DNA of 64,000 bases. Source: Sphingomonas sp. GTDB lineage: Bacteria; Pseudomonadota; Alphaproteobacteria; Sphingomonadales; Sphingomonadaceae. A program made the position numbers and the translations under genes. How positions within the stretch are numbered: position 1 is the stretch's first letter; every line of letters begins with the position of its first letter. The stretch covers positions 104,151 to 168,150 of the forward strand of contig NZ_CBDFKR010000004.1 in the NCBI RefSeq assembly GCF_965248875.1, written 5' to 3'. Positions 1-9,116 of this stretch are shown here, piece after piece. The notes below the pieces were generated by a model, which saw only the letters and a program-made list of their open reading frames with translations, had not been told where the DNA came from and searched no databases.

Positions 1-841
1 TGGCATGGTCGAGGATGGCGACTACTACGGCTTCAGCCTCGCGCTTGGTTCGGCGGAGGTGACATTGCTAGAACAGGTCGCCGCCTATCGCGCCTTGGCG
101 CTGGGCGGGCGGTGGGGACCGCTGCGGCTGACGGCGGACGCACCACGGGTCGGCCTTCGCGCGATCACCACGCCCGCGGCGGCATGGCTGGTCGGCGACA
201 TCATCGCCGATCCCAACGCGCGCGCGGCGACCTTCGGGCTCGATTCGGCGCTGCGGCTGCCCTTCTGGGCGGCGGTGAAGACGGGCACCTCAAAGGCGAT
301 GCGCGATAATTGGTGCATCGGCTGGACGCCGCGGTTCACCGTCGGCGTCTGGGTCGGCAATGCGGAGGGCGATCCGATGCGCGCAGTGTCGGGGACGAGC
401 GGCGCGGCCCCGGTGTGGCGCGACTTGATGACCGCGCTCAACGCCGCCGTGCCTGCGGCAGAGCCGTCCGCGCCCGGCGGCGTGGAGGCGCGGCGGATCG
501 CCTTTGCGGGGGCGATCGAGCAGCCGCGGCGCGAGTGGTTCCTCCGCGGCACCGGCCAGTCGCTGATCGCCGCCGCCCCCGACACGGCGCGGCGGCCGCA
601 CTTCACCAACCCGGTCGCGGGCAGCGTCTATGCGCTCGATCCTGACATTCCGGCCGACCGCCAGCGGCTGGCGGTGGCGGTGACGGGTGCGGCGGCGGCG
701 CACCGGGTGCTGCTGGATCGCGCCGACATCGGCGCCGCGGACACGACGCCGCAGATCCTGCCGGGTCGGGGCGCCCATCGGCTGAGCCTGGTCGACCTTG
801 GCGGCCGGGTGGTGGATCAGGTGCTGTTCACGGTGCGCTGA
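1..841 (+). CDS. pbpC: Penicillin-binding protein 1C, C-terminal part (5' end outside the window)
   Basis: The frame is open to the window edge. It contains the transpeptidase KTG box (AAVKTGTSKAMRDNWCIGWTP..VGVWVGN) followed by a PBP1C-type C-terminal domain. Confidence 0.8.
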   Translation, partial: GMVEDGDYYGFSLALGSAEVTLLEQVAAYRALALGGRWGPLRLTADAPRVGLRAITTPAAAWLVGDIIADPNARAATFGLDSALRLPFWAAVKTGTSKAMRDNWCIGWTPRFTVGVWVGNAEGDPMRAVSGTSGAAPVWRDLMTALNAAVPAAEPSAPGGVEARRIAFAGAIEQPRREWFLRGTGQSLIAAAPDTARRPHFTNPVAGSVYALDPDIPADRQRLAVAVTGAAAAHRVLLDRADIGAADTTPQILPGRGAHRLSLVDLGGRVVDQVLFTVR

Positions 842-920
842 GGCCGTCACGCGCGTAAACCACGTGACGTCGGACAGGTCGGCTGCGCCGCCGTCGGCCA
901 TGCTCGTCTCGCGCACTGCT

Positions 921-943
921 CCGCTGCGGCGTGCATGCAGCGG
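921..943. terminator. Candidate stem-loop between convergent pbpC and bamE
   Basis: Inverted repeat CCGCTGC (921-927) / GCAGCGG (937-943) with a 9-nt loop, directly past the bamE stop. No clear U-tract. Confidence 0.25.
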
Positions 944-944
944 C

Positions 945-1454
945 TTAAGGGCTGCCGTCGCCCCCACCTGCGCCACCAGCGCCACCCGCGCCGCCGCCGC
1001 CCGCGCCCAGCGTGCCGATGTTGCCGAACAGGTCTTCGAAGAAGCCTCGCTTCTTGCCCAGCGTCGGCGTGGTCGGCCCGTACGGGCTGACCGCCGCGAC
1101 CTGTTGCAGGCCGCCACGGCGGATGCCCGTCACGGTGCCCGTCGCGTCGAACTGGATCTGGAGGGTCACCTGCGCCGACGGATGCGGATTGCGGAAGGCG
1201 AGGTTGTGCGTGTCGCGGGCGAGGTAATACCAGTCGCCGACCCCGGACTCTCTGGCAAACTGGCTGGTGAAGGTCGGCCGGCCCAGCGTCTGCGCGACGG
1301 AGGTGCGATTGTCGACGCCCACCTGCACCGAGTTCACCAGGTCCGCATCGACCAGATAGCCCTGATGCTGCCGGATCGGCACGCACCCGCCGAGCGCCAG
1401 CGGCGCCAGCACGCCCGCCACGGCGAGGACGAGGACGCGGGAGGACAGTGGCAT
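945..1454 (-). CDS. bamE: Outer membrane protein assembly factor BamE (SmpA/OmlA lipoprotein) with a Gly-rich C-terminal tail
   Basis: Lipoprotein signal MPLSSRVLVLAVAGVLAPLALGGC. SmpA/OmlA-like core GYLVDADLVNSVQVGVDNRTSVAQTLGRP..WYYLARD. ATG at 1454. Confidence 0.8.
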   Translation of the reverse strand: MPLSSRVLVLAVAGVLAPLALGGCVPIRQHQGYLVDADLVNSVQVGVDNRTSVAQTLGRPTFTSQFARESGVGDWYYLARDTHNLAFRNPHPSAQVTLQIQFDATGTVTGIRRGGLQQVAAVSPYGPTTPTLGKKRGFFEDLFGNIGTLGAGGGGAGGAGGAGGGDGSP

Positions 1455-1553
1455 GGGCTACTCCGTAACGCTTGCGGGCGGCGAAGCCGGGTGGCAACGC
1501 GCGAACAGGCTCCGCACCCTCCCGATTAGGGGAGGGCGGCGGCACGGGCAAGG

Positions 1554-2072
1554 TTGGCGATGTTGGGCTGGTTCGACAGGCTGTTGAAGGGTCAGGGCGA
1601 CGAGACCGCGCTGCCGCTCTATCAGGCCGTGGTGGCGCGCGCGCGGGAGCCGCATTGGTATGTCGCAGGCGCCGTGCCGGACACCGTCGATGGCCGCTTC
1701 GACATGGTCGCCGCGGTGCTGGCGACCGTGCTGTTGCGGCTGGAGACGATCCCGGAGGCGGCGGCGCCAAGCGCCAGGCTGACCGAGCGGTTCGTCGACG
1801 ACATGGACGGCCAGTTGCGCGAAATCGGCATCGGCGACATCGTCGTCGGCAAGCATATCGGCCGCATGATGGCGATGCTGGGCGGGCGGCTGGGCGCTTA
1901 TCGCGACGGCTGGGCCGCGGGGGATATCGGCCCGGCACTGCGGCGCAACCTGTATCGCGCCGGTGAGCCGGAGGCCAAGGCGGTGGCGCATGTCGCAACC
2001 GCGCTCGGGGCGTTGCGGGCCGATCTGGCGGCGCTGCCGCTCGACGCGCTGCTGAAAGGTCGGCTGACGTGA
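1554..2072 (+). CDS. Ubiquinol-cytochrome c chaperone family protein
   Basis: N-terminal FDRLLKG..LYQAVVARAREPHWY and RFDMVAAVLATVLLRLE pattern. GTGA stop/start overlap with the next gene. Start is TTG 1554 or ATG 1560. Confidence 0.7.
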   Translation: MAMLGWFDRLLKGQGDETALPLYQAVVARAREPHWYVAGAVPDTVDGRFDMVAAVLATVLLRLETIPEAAAPSARLTERFVDDMDGQLREIGIGDIVVGKHIGRMMAMLGGRLGAYRDGWAAGDIGPALRRNLYRAGEPEAKAVAHVATALGALRADLAALPLDALLKGRLT

Positions 2073-2590
2073 CGCAGCCCGAGTTCGGCCGGCCGGAGCG
2101 GCTCGATCAGATCGGCGTTGAGGACCGCATGGTCGCGATCGCGGCCGAAACGGGAGAGCGAGCGGCGCTGGCGCGGCGGTTCGGGCTGATCGCCGTCGAC
2201 CTGCTGGAGGCGCGGTTCACGCTGCGCCGCGAAGGCGACGCCGTGCTCGCGACGGGCCGGGTCACCGCCGCCGTGACCCAGGCATGCGCGGCGACGGGCG
2301 AGCCGCTGGTCGCGGTGGTGGACGAGCAGGTCGCCCTGCGCTTCGTGGCGGAGCAGGACGTGCCCGAGGAGCTTGAGCTTACTGAGGATGCGCTCGACAC
2401 CCTGCCGGTCGAGAACGGGTTGATCGACCTGGGCGAGGCGGCGGCGGAAACGATGGCGCTGGCGCTCGATCCGTTTGCGCGCCGCCCCGACGCCGGCGCG
2501 GCCCTTGCCGCTGCGGGCGTCAGCGATGAGGACCCCGCCGGGCCGTTCGCCAGCCTTGCCGGTCTGAAGCGCCGATTGACTGGAGAATAG
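2069..2590 (+). CDS. YceD/DUF177 family protein
   Basis: 173 aa, acidic, with the usual alphaproteobacterial position after the cytochrome c chaperone gene. Sequence pattern LEARFTLRREGDAVLATGRVTAAVTQACAATGEPL. Confidence 0.7.
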   Translation: MTQPEFGRPERLDQIGVEDRMVAIAAETGERAALARRFGLIAVDLLEARFTLRREGDAVLATGRVTAAVTQACAATGEPLVAVVDEQVALRFVAEQDVPEELELTEDALDTLPVENGLIDLGEAAAETMALALDPFARRPDAGAALAAAGVSDEDPAGPFASLAGLKRRLTGE

Positions 2591-2593
2591 CCG

Positions 2594-3964
2594 ATGGCGC
2601 TCGCCCACACCTATGCCGCCAACCCGCACTGGCTGCCGAAGCTCGGCGGCGGCGCGCTCGACGCGATCCCGGGCGAGGATGGTTGGCCGATCGTCGGCAA
2701 CACGTTGAAGATGCTGCGCGATCCGGCCGCGTTCGGCGCCGCGATGGTGGCGAAGCACGGCCGCATCTATCGCAACAATTCGTTCGGCGAGCGGTCGGTG
2801 GCGCTGCTGGGCGCGGAGGCGAACGAGTTCGTCCTGATGGATCGCGACCGGCTGTTCTCGTCCGAACAGGGCTGGGGGCCGCTGCTCAACCTCTTGTTCC
2901 CGCGCGGGCTGATGCTGATGGATTTCGACCATCACCGCGGCCAGCGCAAGGTGCTGGGCGTCGCGTTCAAGCCCGAGCCGATGCGTCACTATGCGCACCG
3001 CCTGGACCAGGGAATGGCGCGCGCCGTGCAAGGCTGGGCGGCCGGCGGGACGTTCCGCTTCTATGAAGCGATCAAGCAGCTCAGCCTAGATCTGGCCGCC
3101 GATTGCTTCCTCGGCATGGAGCTGGGCGACGAAGCCGCGGCGATCAACAAGGCGTTCGTCGACGAGGTCCAGGCGTCGGTCGCGCCGATCCGGCGGCCCT
3201 GGCCAGGCACCTCAATGAAGAAGGGCGTGGATGGTCGCCGCTACCTTATCGACCTGTTCGAGCGCGAGGTGCCGCGGCGTCGTGCGGGGGGCGGGCAGGA
3301 CTTCTTCTCGCATTTCTGCCGCGCGGAAGACGAGGACAGCCAGCCATTGCCGGCGGCGGCGATCGCCGATCACATGAACTTCCTGATGATGGCGGCGCAC
3401 GACACCATCACCTCGTCCGCGACATCGCTGGTGATGCTGCTGGGGCGCAATCCTGACTGGCAGGAGCGCCTGGCGGTCGAGGTCGCGGGGCTCGGCGGCA
3501 CCTATCCCGACCGGCTGGACCGGCTCGTCGAGACCGAATGGGCGTTCAAGGAATCGCTGCGCGTCGTGCCGCCGGTGCCGTCGCTGCCGCGCCGGGCGCT
3601 GCGTGATTTCAGCTGGGGCGGCTACACCATCCCGGCGGGGTCGCAGATCGGGATCAGCATCGGCTGGACCCACCATTCGCCGGATTACTGGGAAGCGCCG
3701 GACAAGTTCGACCCGCTGCGCTTCACGCCCGAGGCTGCGAAGGGGCGGCACCGGTTCGCGTGGCTGCCGTTCGGCGGCGGCGCGCACATGTGCATCGGGC
3801 TGCATTTCGCGACGATGCAGGTGCGGCTGCTGGTCGCGCACCTGCTGGCGGCGTATCGGATCGAGCTGGGGGCGGGGGCAGGGGAGGCGTGGCAGTATTT
3901 CCCGATCCCCCGGCCCAAGGACGGGCTGCCGGTGCGGTTGGTCGCGGCCGGAAGCAGAGGCTAA
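2594..3964 (+). CDS. Cytochrome P450
   Basis: 456 aa. Heme-thiolate loop FGGGAHMCIGLHFA, ExxR-like ESLRV, I-helix MMAAHDTITS. Confidence 0.9.
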   Translation: MALAHTYAANPHWLPKLGGGALDAIPGEDGWPIVGNTLKMLRDPAAFGAAMVAKHGRIYRNNSFGERSVALLGAEANEFVLMDRDRLFSSEQGWGPLLNLLFPRGLMLMDFDHHRGQRKVLGVAFKPEPMRHYAHRLDQGMARAVQGWAAGGTFRFYEAIKQLSLDLAADCFLGMELGDEAAAINKAFVDEVQASVAPIRRPWPGTSMKKGVDGRRYLIDLFEREVPRRRAGGGQDFFSHFCRAEDEDSQPLPAAAIADHMNFLMMAAHDTITSSATSLVMLLGRNPDWQERLAVEVAGLGGTYPDRLDRLVETEWAFKESLRVVPPVPSLPRRALRDFSWGGYTIPAGSQIGISIGWTHHSPDYWEAPDKFDPLRFTPEAAKGRHRFAWLPFGGGAHMCIGLHFATMQVRLLVAHLLAAYRIELGAGAGEAWQYFPIPRPKDGLPVRLVAAGSRG

Positions 3965-4037
3965 GTAGAGGCTCGCGCGCATCGCCGCTCCGCCCCGCGG
4001 CCGCGGAAGTAGAGGCTAAGTAGAGGCTCGCGCATCG
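3951..4037. repeat. Direct repeat duplicating the last codons and stop of the P450 gene
   Basis: GAAGCAGAGGCTAAGTAGAGGCTCGCGCGCATCG (3951-3984) recurs as GAAGTAGAGGCTAAGTAGAGGCTCGCGCATCG (4006-4037). The core AGAGGCT occurs four times. Confidence 0.7.
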
Positions 4038-4138
4038 GCCCGCGGCATTCGCGAACCGGGCGCGTCGGCCGGACCGGCAGGGTCAAAGAGCGCCCGACCC
4101 ATGCACGCCGGGCGCCCCTGTAGGACAGCAGAATCGCG

Positions 4139-5209
4139 TCAGGCCGCCGTCTCCAGCGCCGGGTAATCCGTGTACCCCTCCGGTCCCGGCGTGTACCAGG
4201 TCTTGAAATTGTCCTTCGCCACCGCGGCGCCGCGGCGGAATCGGTCGGGGAGGTCGGGGTTGGCGATGAACGCGCGGCCCCAGGCGATCGCGTCGGCGAG
4301 GCCGGAGGCAATGTCGGCCTTTCCCTGATCGAGGCTGTATTCCTGGTTGAGCACCAGCGGACCGCGGAACGCCGCACGGATCTGGGGCGAGAGTTTGGGC
4401 ACGTCGGTCGTCCCGAAGCTGCCGGTCGGGCCGAGTTCGCGCAGCTCCAGGAACGCGATGCCCAACGCGTCCAGCGCCTTGGCGGCGGGGACGAACACCG
4501 CCGCCGGATTCGAGTCGTCAGCACCCTGCGTCTCGCCATTGGGCGACAGGCGGATGCCGGTGCGGCCCGCGCCGATCGCGTCCACGACCCGGGCGACGCT
4601 TTCGCGCATGAAGCGGATGCGGTTCTCCGGGCTGCCGCCATAATCGTCGTCGCGCGCATTGGTGCCGTCGCGCAGGAATTGATCGATCAGATAGCCGTTG
4701 GCGCCGTGGAGCTGCACCCCGTCGAAGCCGGCGCGGATCGCGTTGCGCGCGCTGTCAGCGTATTCGTCCTGCGCCTGCGCGATGTCGTCCAGCGTCGCCG
4801 CCTGTGCCGCGGCGTAAGGGTTCGGCTCCTTGGGATAGGGCGCCCGTGTCGCGGAGGAGGAAAGCGGCGTCTGGCCGGTCACGTCGGGTCGCGCAAGTCG
4901 GCCCATGTGCCAGAGCTGCGCGACGATCCGTCCGCCCGCTTCGTGCACCGCGTCGGTGACCGGCTTCCAAGCCTCGACCTGTTCCTCGGTCCACAGCCCC
5001 GGCGCGGCGGGCCAGCCCAGGCCGCGACGGCTGACGCCGGTGCCCTCCGTGATGATCAGCCCCGCGCCCGCCCGCTGGCGGTAATAGTCGACCATTAACT
5101 CGGTCGGGACGTGCCCGGCGGAGGCGCGGCCGCGGGTCAGCGGCGCCATGAAGATGCGATTGGCGCAGTCGATATCGCCGAGCGTGATGGGATCGAACAG
5201 GGTCGTCAT
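4139..5209 (-). CDS. NADH:flavin oxidoreductase / alkene reductase (Old Yellow Enzyme family)
   Basis: MTTLFDPITLGDIDCANRIFMAPLTRGRA.. and GFDGVQLHGANGYLIDQFL are OYE motifs. ATG 5209 is preceded by GGAG. ATG 5251 is an alternative start. Confidence 0.85.
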   Translation of the reverse strand: MTTLFDPITLGDIDCANRIFMAPLTRGRASAGHVPTELMVDYYRQRAGAGLIITEGTGVSRRGLGWPAAPGLWTEEQVEAWKPVTDAVHEAGGRIVAQLWHMGRLARPDVTGQTPLSSSATRAPYPKEPNPYAAAQAATLDDIAQAQDEYADSARNAIRAGFDGVQLHGANGYLIDQFLRDGTNARDDDYGGSPENRIRFMRESVARVVDAIGAGRTGIRLSPNGETQGADDSNPAAVFVPAAKALDALGIAFLELRELGPTGSFGTTDVPKLSPQIRAAFRGPLVLNQEYSLDQGKADIASGLADAIAWGRAFIANPDLPDRFRRGAAVAKDNFKTWYTPGPEGYTDYPALETAA

Positions 5210-5269
5210 GGGCGCTCCGTTAGGGTCGGGCAGGGTGTCGGGGGCGGACATAGGGCGTTAGGGGGCGGC

Positions 5270-6196
5270 ATGCACCAGGCCGAGCCCCCAAGAAAAGCTG
5301 TCGCACCATCAAGCGCGCTGCCGCTGGCGGCGGTGGTGGTGGCGAACGTGGCGCTCGCGTTCGGGCCGTGGTTCGTGCGGCTGGCGGACACCGGGCCCGT
5401 GGCGGCGGGGTTCTGGCGGCTGGCCCTGGGCGCGCCCTTCCTTGCGGGGCTGGCGCTGGCGACCGGCGCGCGACCGGTCCGGCTCGACCGCTGGCTGTGG
5501 TGGGCGCTGGCGGGCGCGGGGCTCAGCTTCGCGGCCGACATCGCCAGCTGGCATCTCGGCATCCTGCGCACGACGCTCGCCAACGCAACGCTGTTCGGCA
5601 ACTCGGCGACGCTGATCTTCCCGGTGTACGGCTTTGCCGTCGCGCGGGCGTGGCCGACACGGGGACAGGGCCTCGCCTTCGCACTGGCGCTCGCCGGCGC
5701 GGCGCTGCTGATGGGGCGGTCGTACCAGCTCGACGCGAAGAACCTGGCCGGCGACCTGCTCTGCCTGGCGGCGGGCGTGCTCTACACCGTCTATTTCATC
5801 CTGATGGCGCGGGCGCGAGAGACGATGGCGCCGCTGTCGGCGCTGGCGCTGTCGACGGTGGCGAGCGTGCTGCCGCTGCTGGTCGTCGCGCTGGCGCTGG
5901 GGGAGCGGGTGTGGCCCCATAGCACCTTGGGCGACTGGCTGCCGCTGATCGGGCTGGCGCTGGTAAGCCAGGTGATCGGCCAGGGCTGCATGATCTATGC
6001 GCTGGGGCGGCTGCCGCCGCTGGTCGTCGGGCTGGCGCTGCTGGTGCAGCCGGTGGTGGCGGCGGCGATCGGCTGGCTGCGCTACGGCGAGCGGCTGGGC
6101 CCGGTGGAGCTGACCGGCGCGGCGCTGATCGCGGTCGCGCTGGTGCTGGTCCGCCGGGCGACGCCGGTTGCGCCGGCCGGGCCCAGGGCGCATTGA
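5270..6196 (+). CDS. DMT-superfamily (EamA-like) transporter
   Basis: About 10 predicted TM helices in two EamA-like halves. Start placed at ATG 5270, because the longer track ORF overlaps the divergent OYE gene. Confidence 0.75.
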   Translation: MHQAEPPRKAVAPSSALPLAAVVVANVALAFGPWFVRLADTGPVAAGFWRLALGAPFLAGLALATGARPVRLDRWLWWALAGAGLSFAADIASWHLGILRTTLANATLFGNSATLIFPVYGFAVARAWPTRGQGLAFALALAGAALLMGRSYQLDAKNLAGDLLCLAAGVLYTVYFILMARARETMAPLSALALSTVASVLPLLVVALALGERVWPHSTLGDWLPLIGLALVSQVIGQGCMIYALGRLPPLVVGLALLVQPVVAAAIGWLRYGERLGPVELTGAALIAVALVLVRRATPVAPAGPRAH

Positions 6197-6203
6197 CCCG
6201 GCA

Positions 6204-6851
6204 ATGAGCGAAGACCTCACCCTCGACGAACTGCGCGACGCCCTTGCGCCGGAGATTGCCGCCAACGCCGCGTTCGACGGCTGGGGCGCAGAGGCGCTGA
6301 CGATGGCGGCGGTGGCGGCGGAAGCCGATCCCGGCGTCGCGAAGCTCGCCTTTCCGGGTGGCGCGGTCGACATGATCGACGCCTGGTTTGCGCATATCGA
6401 CCGGGCGATGGCGGCCGCCGTCCCGGACGTCGCGACGCTGAAGGTCCGCGAACGGATCGCCGCGCTGGTCGAGGCGCGGCTGGCGGCGGTCGCCCCCGAT
6501 CGCGAGGCGCTGCGCCGCGCGCTCGCGGTGCTGGCGCTGCCGCAGAACGTCGCACGCGGGGCGCGGCTCGGCTGGCGGACGGCGGACGCGATCTGGCGCG
6601 CGGCGGGCGACACCGCGACCGACTACAACCACTATACCAAGCGCGGCATCCTGTTGGGCGTCTATGCCGCGACGATCAGCGTCTTCCTCGACGACGAGAG
6701 CGAGGATCACGCCGACACCAGCGCTTTCCTGCAGCGGCGGATCGACGGGATCATGCGCTTTGAAAAGGCGAAGGCGGGGTGGGCCAAGCGCACGGAGACC
6801 CTGCCGAGTCTGTCGCGCTTCCTGGGCCGGTTGCGCTATCCTGCCGTGTAG
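6204..6851 (+). CDS. COQ9-family protein (ubiquinone biosynthesis related)
   Basis: MSEDLTLDELRDALAPEIAANAAFDGWG.. N-terminus and ..TDYNHYTKRGILLGVYAATISVFLDD.. core resemble the bacterial COQ9 family. Confidence 0.6.
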   Translation: MSEDLTLDELRDALAPEIAANAAFDGWGAEALTMAAVAAEADPGVAKLAFPGGAVDMIDAWFAHIDRAMAAAVPDVATLKVRERIAALVEARLAAVAPDREALRRALAVLALPQNVARGARLGWRTADAIWRAAGDTATDYNHYTKRGILLGVYAATISVFLDDESEDHADTSAFLQRRIDGIMRFEKAKAGWAKRTETLPSLSRFLGRLRYPAV

Positions 6852-6890
6852 GACTGCGAGTTAGTCGCAAATCGCTTTCCAAGCTCGATG

Positions 6891-6909
6891 GTTAGTGATA
6901 ATCAGTTGC
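6891..6909 (+). promoter_or_regulatory. Fur-box-like operator upstream of feoA
   Basis: GTTAGTGATAATCAGTTGC matches 14 of 19 positions of the GATAATGATAATCATTATC consensus, including the central TGATAATCA. It ends 3 nt before the feoA ATG. Confidence 0.45.
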
Positions 6910-6912
6910 AGC

Positions 6913-7197
6913 ATGGAGCTGACCGGCCGCCTTACCGCTTCGCTGAGCCTGGAGACGCTGCCGCAGCGTGCGCACGCGACGGTGCATCTGATCGACTGGT
7001 CGCGACTCGCCGTCCCCGAGGCGCGGCGGCTGCGCGAATTGGGCTTCGACGAGGGCGTCGAGGTGGAGGTGCTCCACCGCGCGCGCCTCGGCCGCGGACC
7101 GGTGGCGTGCCGGATCGGGCGCATGACGGTGGCGCTGCGCCGCGCGGTTGCTGCTGCGATCCTCGTCGCTCCTGCTCCCGCCGCTTCAGCGGCCTGA
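6913..7197 (+). CDS. feoA: Ferrous iron transport protein FeoA
   Basis: Small SH3-like FeoA pattern (ATVHLIDWS..ARRLRELGFDEGVEVEVLHRARLGRGPVACRIG). ATG 6913 is preferred over GTG 6895. Confidence 0.8.
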   Translation: MELTGRLTASLSLETLPQRAHATVHLIDWSRLAVPEARRLRELGFDEGVEVEVLHRARLGRGPVACRIGRMTVALRRAVAAAILVAPAPAASAA

Positions 7198-7217
7198 TCT
7201 ACCCGCGCGCTCGTCCG

Positions 7218-9104
7218 ATGGCCGAGCAACTGATCGCCGCCCGCCCCGCGCCCGCTGCGGCCGCCATCGCGACGCCGCTGATCGCGCTGGTTGGCAACCC
7301 CAACGCCGGCAAGACCGCGCTGTTCAATGCGCTGACCGGCGCGCGGCAGAAGGTCGGCAACTATCCCGGCGTCACCGTCGAGCGGCATGCCGGGCGCTGG
7401 GCGCTGGATGACGGCCGGCCGGTCGAGCTGGTGGATCTCCCCGGCGCGTACAGCCTCGACCCCTCCTCCCCCGACGAGGCGGTGACGCGCGACGTCGTGA
7501 CCGGGCGCGGCAGCCTGGAGCGCACGCCCGACGCGTTGATCGTCGTCGTCGACGCGGGCAATCTGGAGCATCACCTCCGCTTCACGCTCCAGCTGATCGC
7601 GCTCGGGCGGCCGTTGGTGGTGGCGCTCAACATGGTCGATCTTGCCGAGCGCGACGGGCTGACGCTCGATGCCGATGCGCTGGCCGCGGCGCTGGGTGTG
7701 CCGGTGGTTGCCACCGTCGCGGTGCGCAAGCGCGGGCTGGACGCGCTGCGCGCGGCGGTCGGCGGGGCGATCGACGCCGGACACCGCCGTGCCATCGCGG
7801 CGGAGGAAGGCAAGGCGCTGGGCCGTCGCGCGCGCCAGTTCGCGCGGACCGCGATTGTCGCCGAGAGTCCGGTACGCCGCTGGACTTCTGCGTTCGATGC
7901 GGTGGCGCTGCATCCGTTGTGGGGCACGGCGCTGCTGCTCGGCGTCCTGTTCGTGATGTTCCAGGCGGTGTTCAGCTGGGCGACGGTGCCCGCCGACCTG
8001 ATCAGCGCAGGCATCGCCGCCGTGCAGGGATGGCTGACCGCGACGCTGCCTGCGGGGTTCGTCCGCGACCTGCTGAGCGACGGGCTGCTCGCCGGGGTCG
8101 GCGCGGTGATCGTGTTCCTGCCGCAGATCCTGATCCTGTTCGCCTTCATCCTGGTGCTGGAGGCGTCGGGCTATATGGTGCGCGCGGCGTTCCTGATGGA
8201 CCGGCTGATGTCCTCGGTCGGGCTGTCGGGGCGCGCCTTCATCCCGCTCCTGTCGAGCTTCGCCTGCGCGGTGCCCGGCATCATGGCGACGCGGACGATC
8301 GAGGACGATAAGGACCGGCTGACCACGATCCTGATCGCGCCCCTGATGACCTGTTCGGCGCGGTGGCCGGTCTATACGCTTATCATCGGCGCGTTCATCC
8401 CCGCACGGCGCGTGCTGCCGGGTGTCGGGTTGCAGGGCATAGTGATGTTCGCGCTGCTGCTGATCGGGGTGGCAGGGGCGTATGTCGCGGCGCTGGTACT
8501 CAGGCGGACAGTGACAAAGGGTGCGTCGTCGGGCTTCATGCTGGAAATGCCCAAATATCAGATGCCGCGGCTGCGCGACGTCGCGATCGGGCTGTGGACG
8601 CGGGCGCTGATCTTCCTGAAGCGGGCCGGGACCACCATCGCGCTGACGGTGGCGCTGTTGTGGGTGCTGTCGTCCTATCCGGTCGCGCCCGCGGGGCAGC
8701 GGCAGAGCGAATATTCGGTCGCGGGGCGGATCGCCTCGGGGATCGAGGTCGTGGTCAGGCCGATCGGCTTCAACCACGACATCGCACTGGCGCTGTTGCC
8801 CGCGATGGCGGCGCGCGAGGCGGCGGTGGCGGCGATCGGCACCGTCTACGCGGTCGACAATCCCGATTCGACCGCGGGCGGCGCGGCGATGACCCATAAT
8901 CTGCGCACCCGCTGGACCCTGCCGACCGCGCTCGCCTTTCTGATGTGGTTCGTGTTCGCGCCGCAGTGCATCTCCACCATCGCGGTGACGCGGCGGGAGA
9001 CCAACGGCTGGAGATGGCCGCTCTTCATGGTTGGCTATCTGTTCGCCGCCGCCTACATCATGGCCGGAGCGACATATTGGCTGGCGAGACTCGCCGGCCT
9101 CTAA
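7218..9104 (+). CDS. feoB: Ferrous iron transporter FeoB
   Basis: N-terminal G-domain IALVGNPNAGKTALFNALTG..VDLPG, followed by a polytopic membrane domain. Confidence 0.9.
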   Translation: MAEQLIAARPAPAAAAIATPLIALVGNPNAGKTALFNALTGARQKVGNYPGVTVERHAGRWALDDGRPVELVDLPGAYSLDPSSPDEAVTRDVVTGRGSLERTPDALIVVVDAGNLEHHLRFTLQLIALGRPLVVALNMVDLAERDGLTLDADALAAALGVPVVATVAVRKRGLDALRAAVGGAIDAGHRRAIAAEEGKALGRRARQFARTAIVAESPVRRWTSAFDAVALHPLWGTALLLGVLFVMFQAVFSWATVPADLISAGIAAVQGWLTATLPAGFVRDLLSDGLLAGVGAVIVFLPQILILFAFILVLEASGYMVRAAFLMDRLMSSVGLSGRAFIPLLSSFACAVPGIMATRTIEDDKDRLTTILIAPLMTCSARWPVYTLIIGAFIPARRVLPGVGLQGIVMFALLLIGVAGAYVAALVLRRTVTKGASSGFMLEMPKYQMPRLRDVAIGLWTRALIFLKRAGTTIALTVALLWVLSSYPVAPAGQRQSEYSVAGRIASGIEVVVRPIGFNHDIALALLPAMAAREAAVAAIGTVYAVDNPDSTAGGAAMTHNLRTRWTLPTALAFLMWFVFAPQCISTIAVTRRETNGWRWPLFMVGYLFAAAYIMAGATYWLARLAGL

Positions 9105-9116
9105 CCAGGGGCGAAC

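Noticed and set aside
5309-6710. Minus-strand ORFs of 434 aa and 304 aa (5309..6613 and 5796..6710)
   Set aside because: Antisense to the EamA transporter and the COQ9-like gene. Arg/Pro-rich low-complexity translations.
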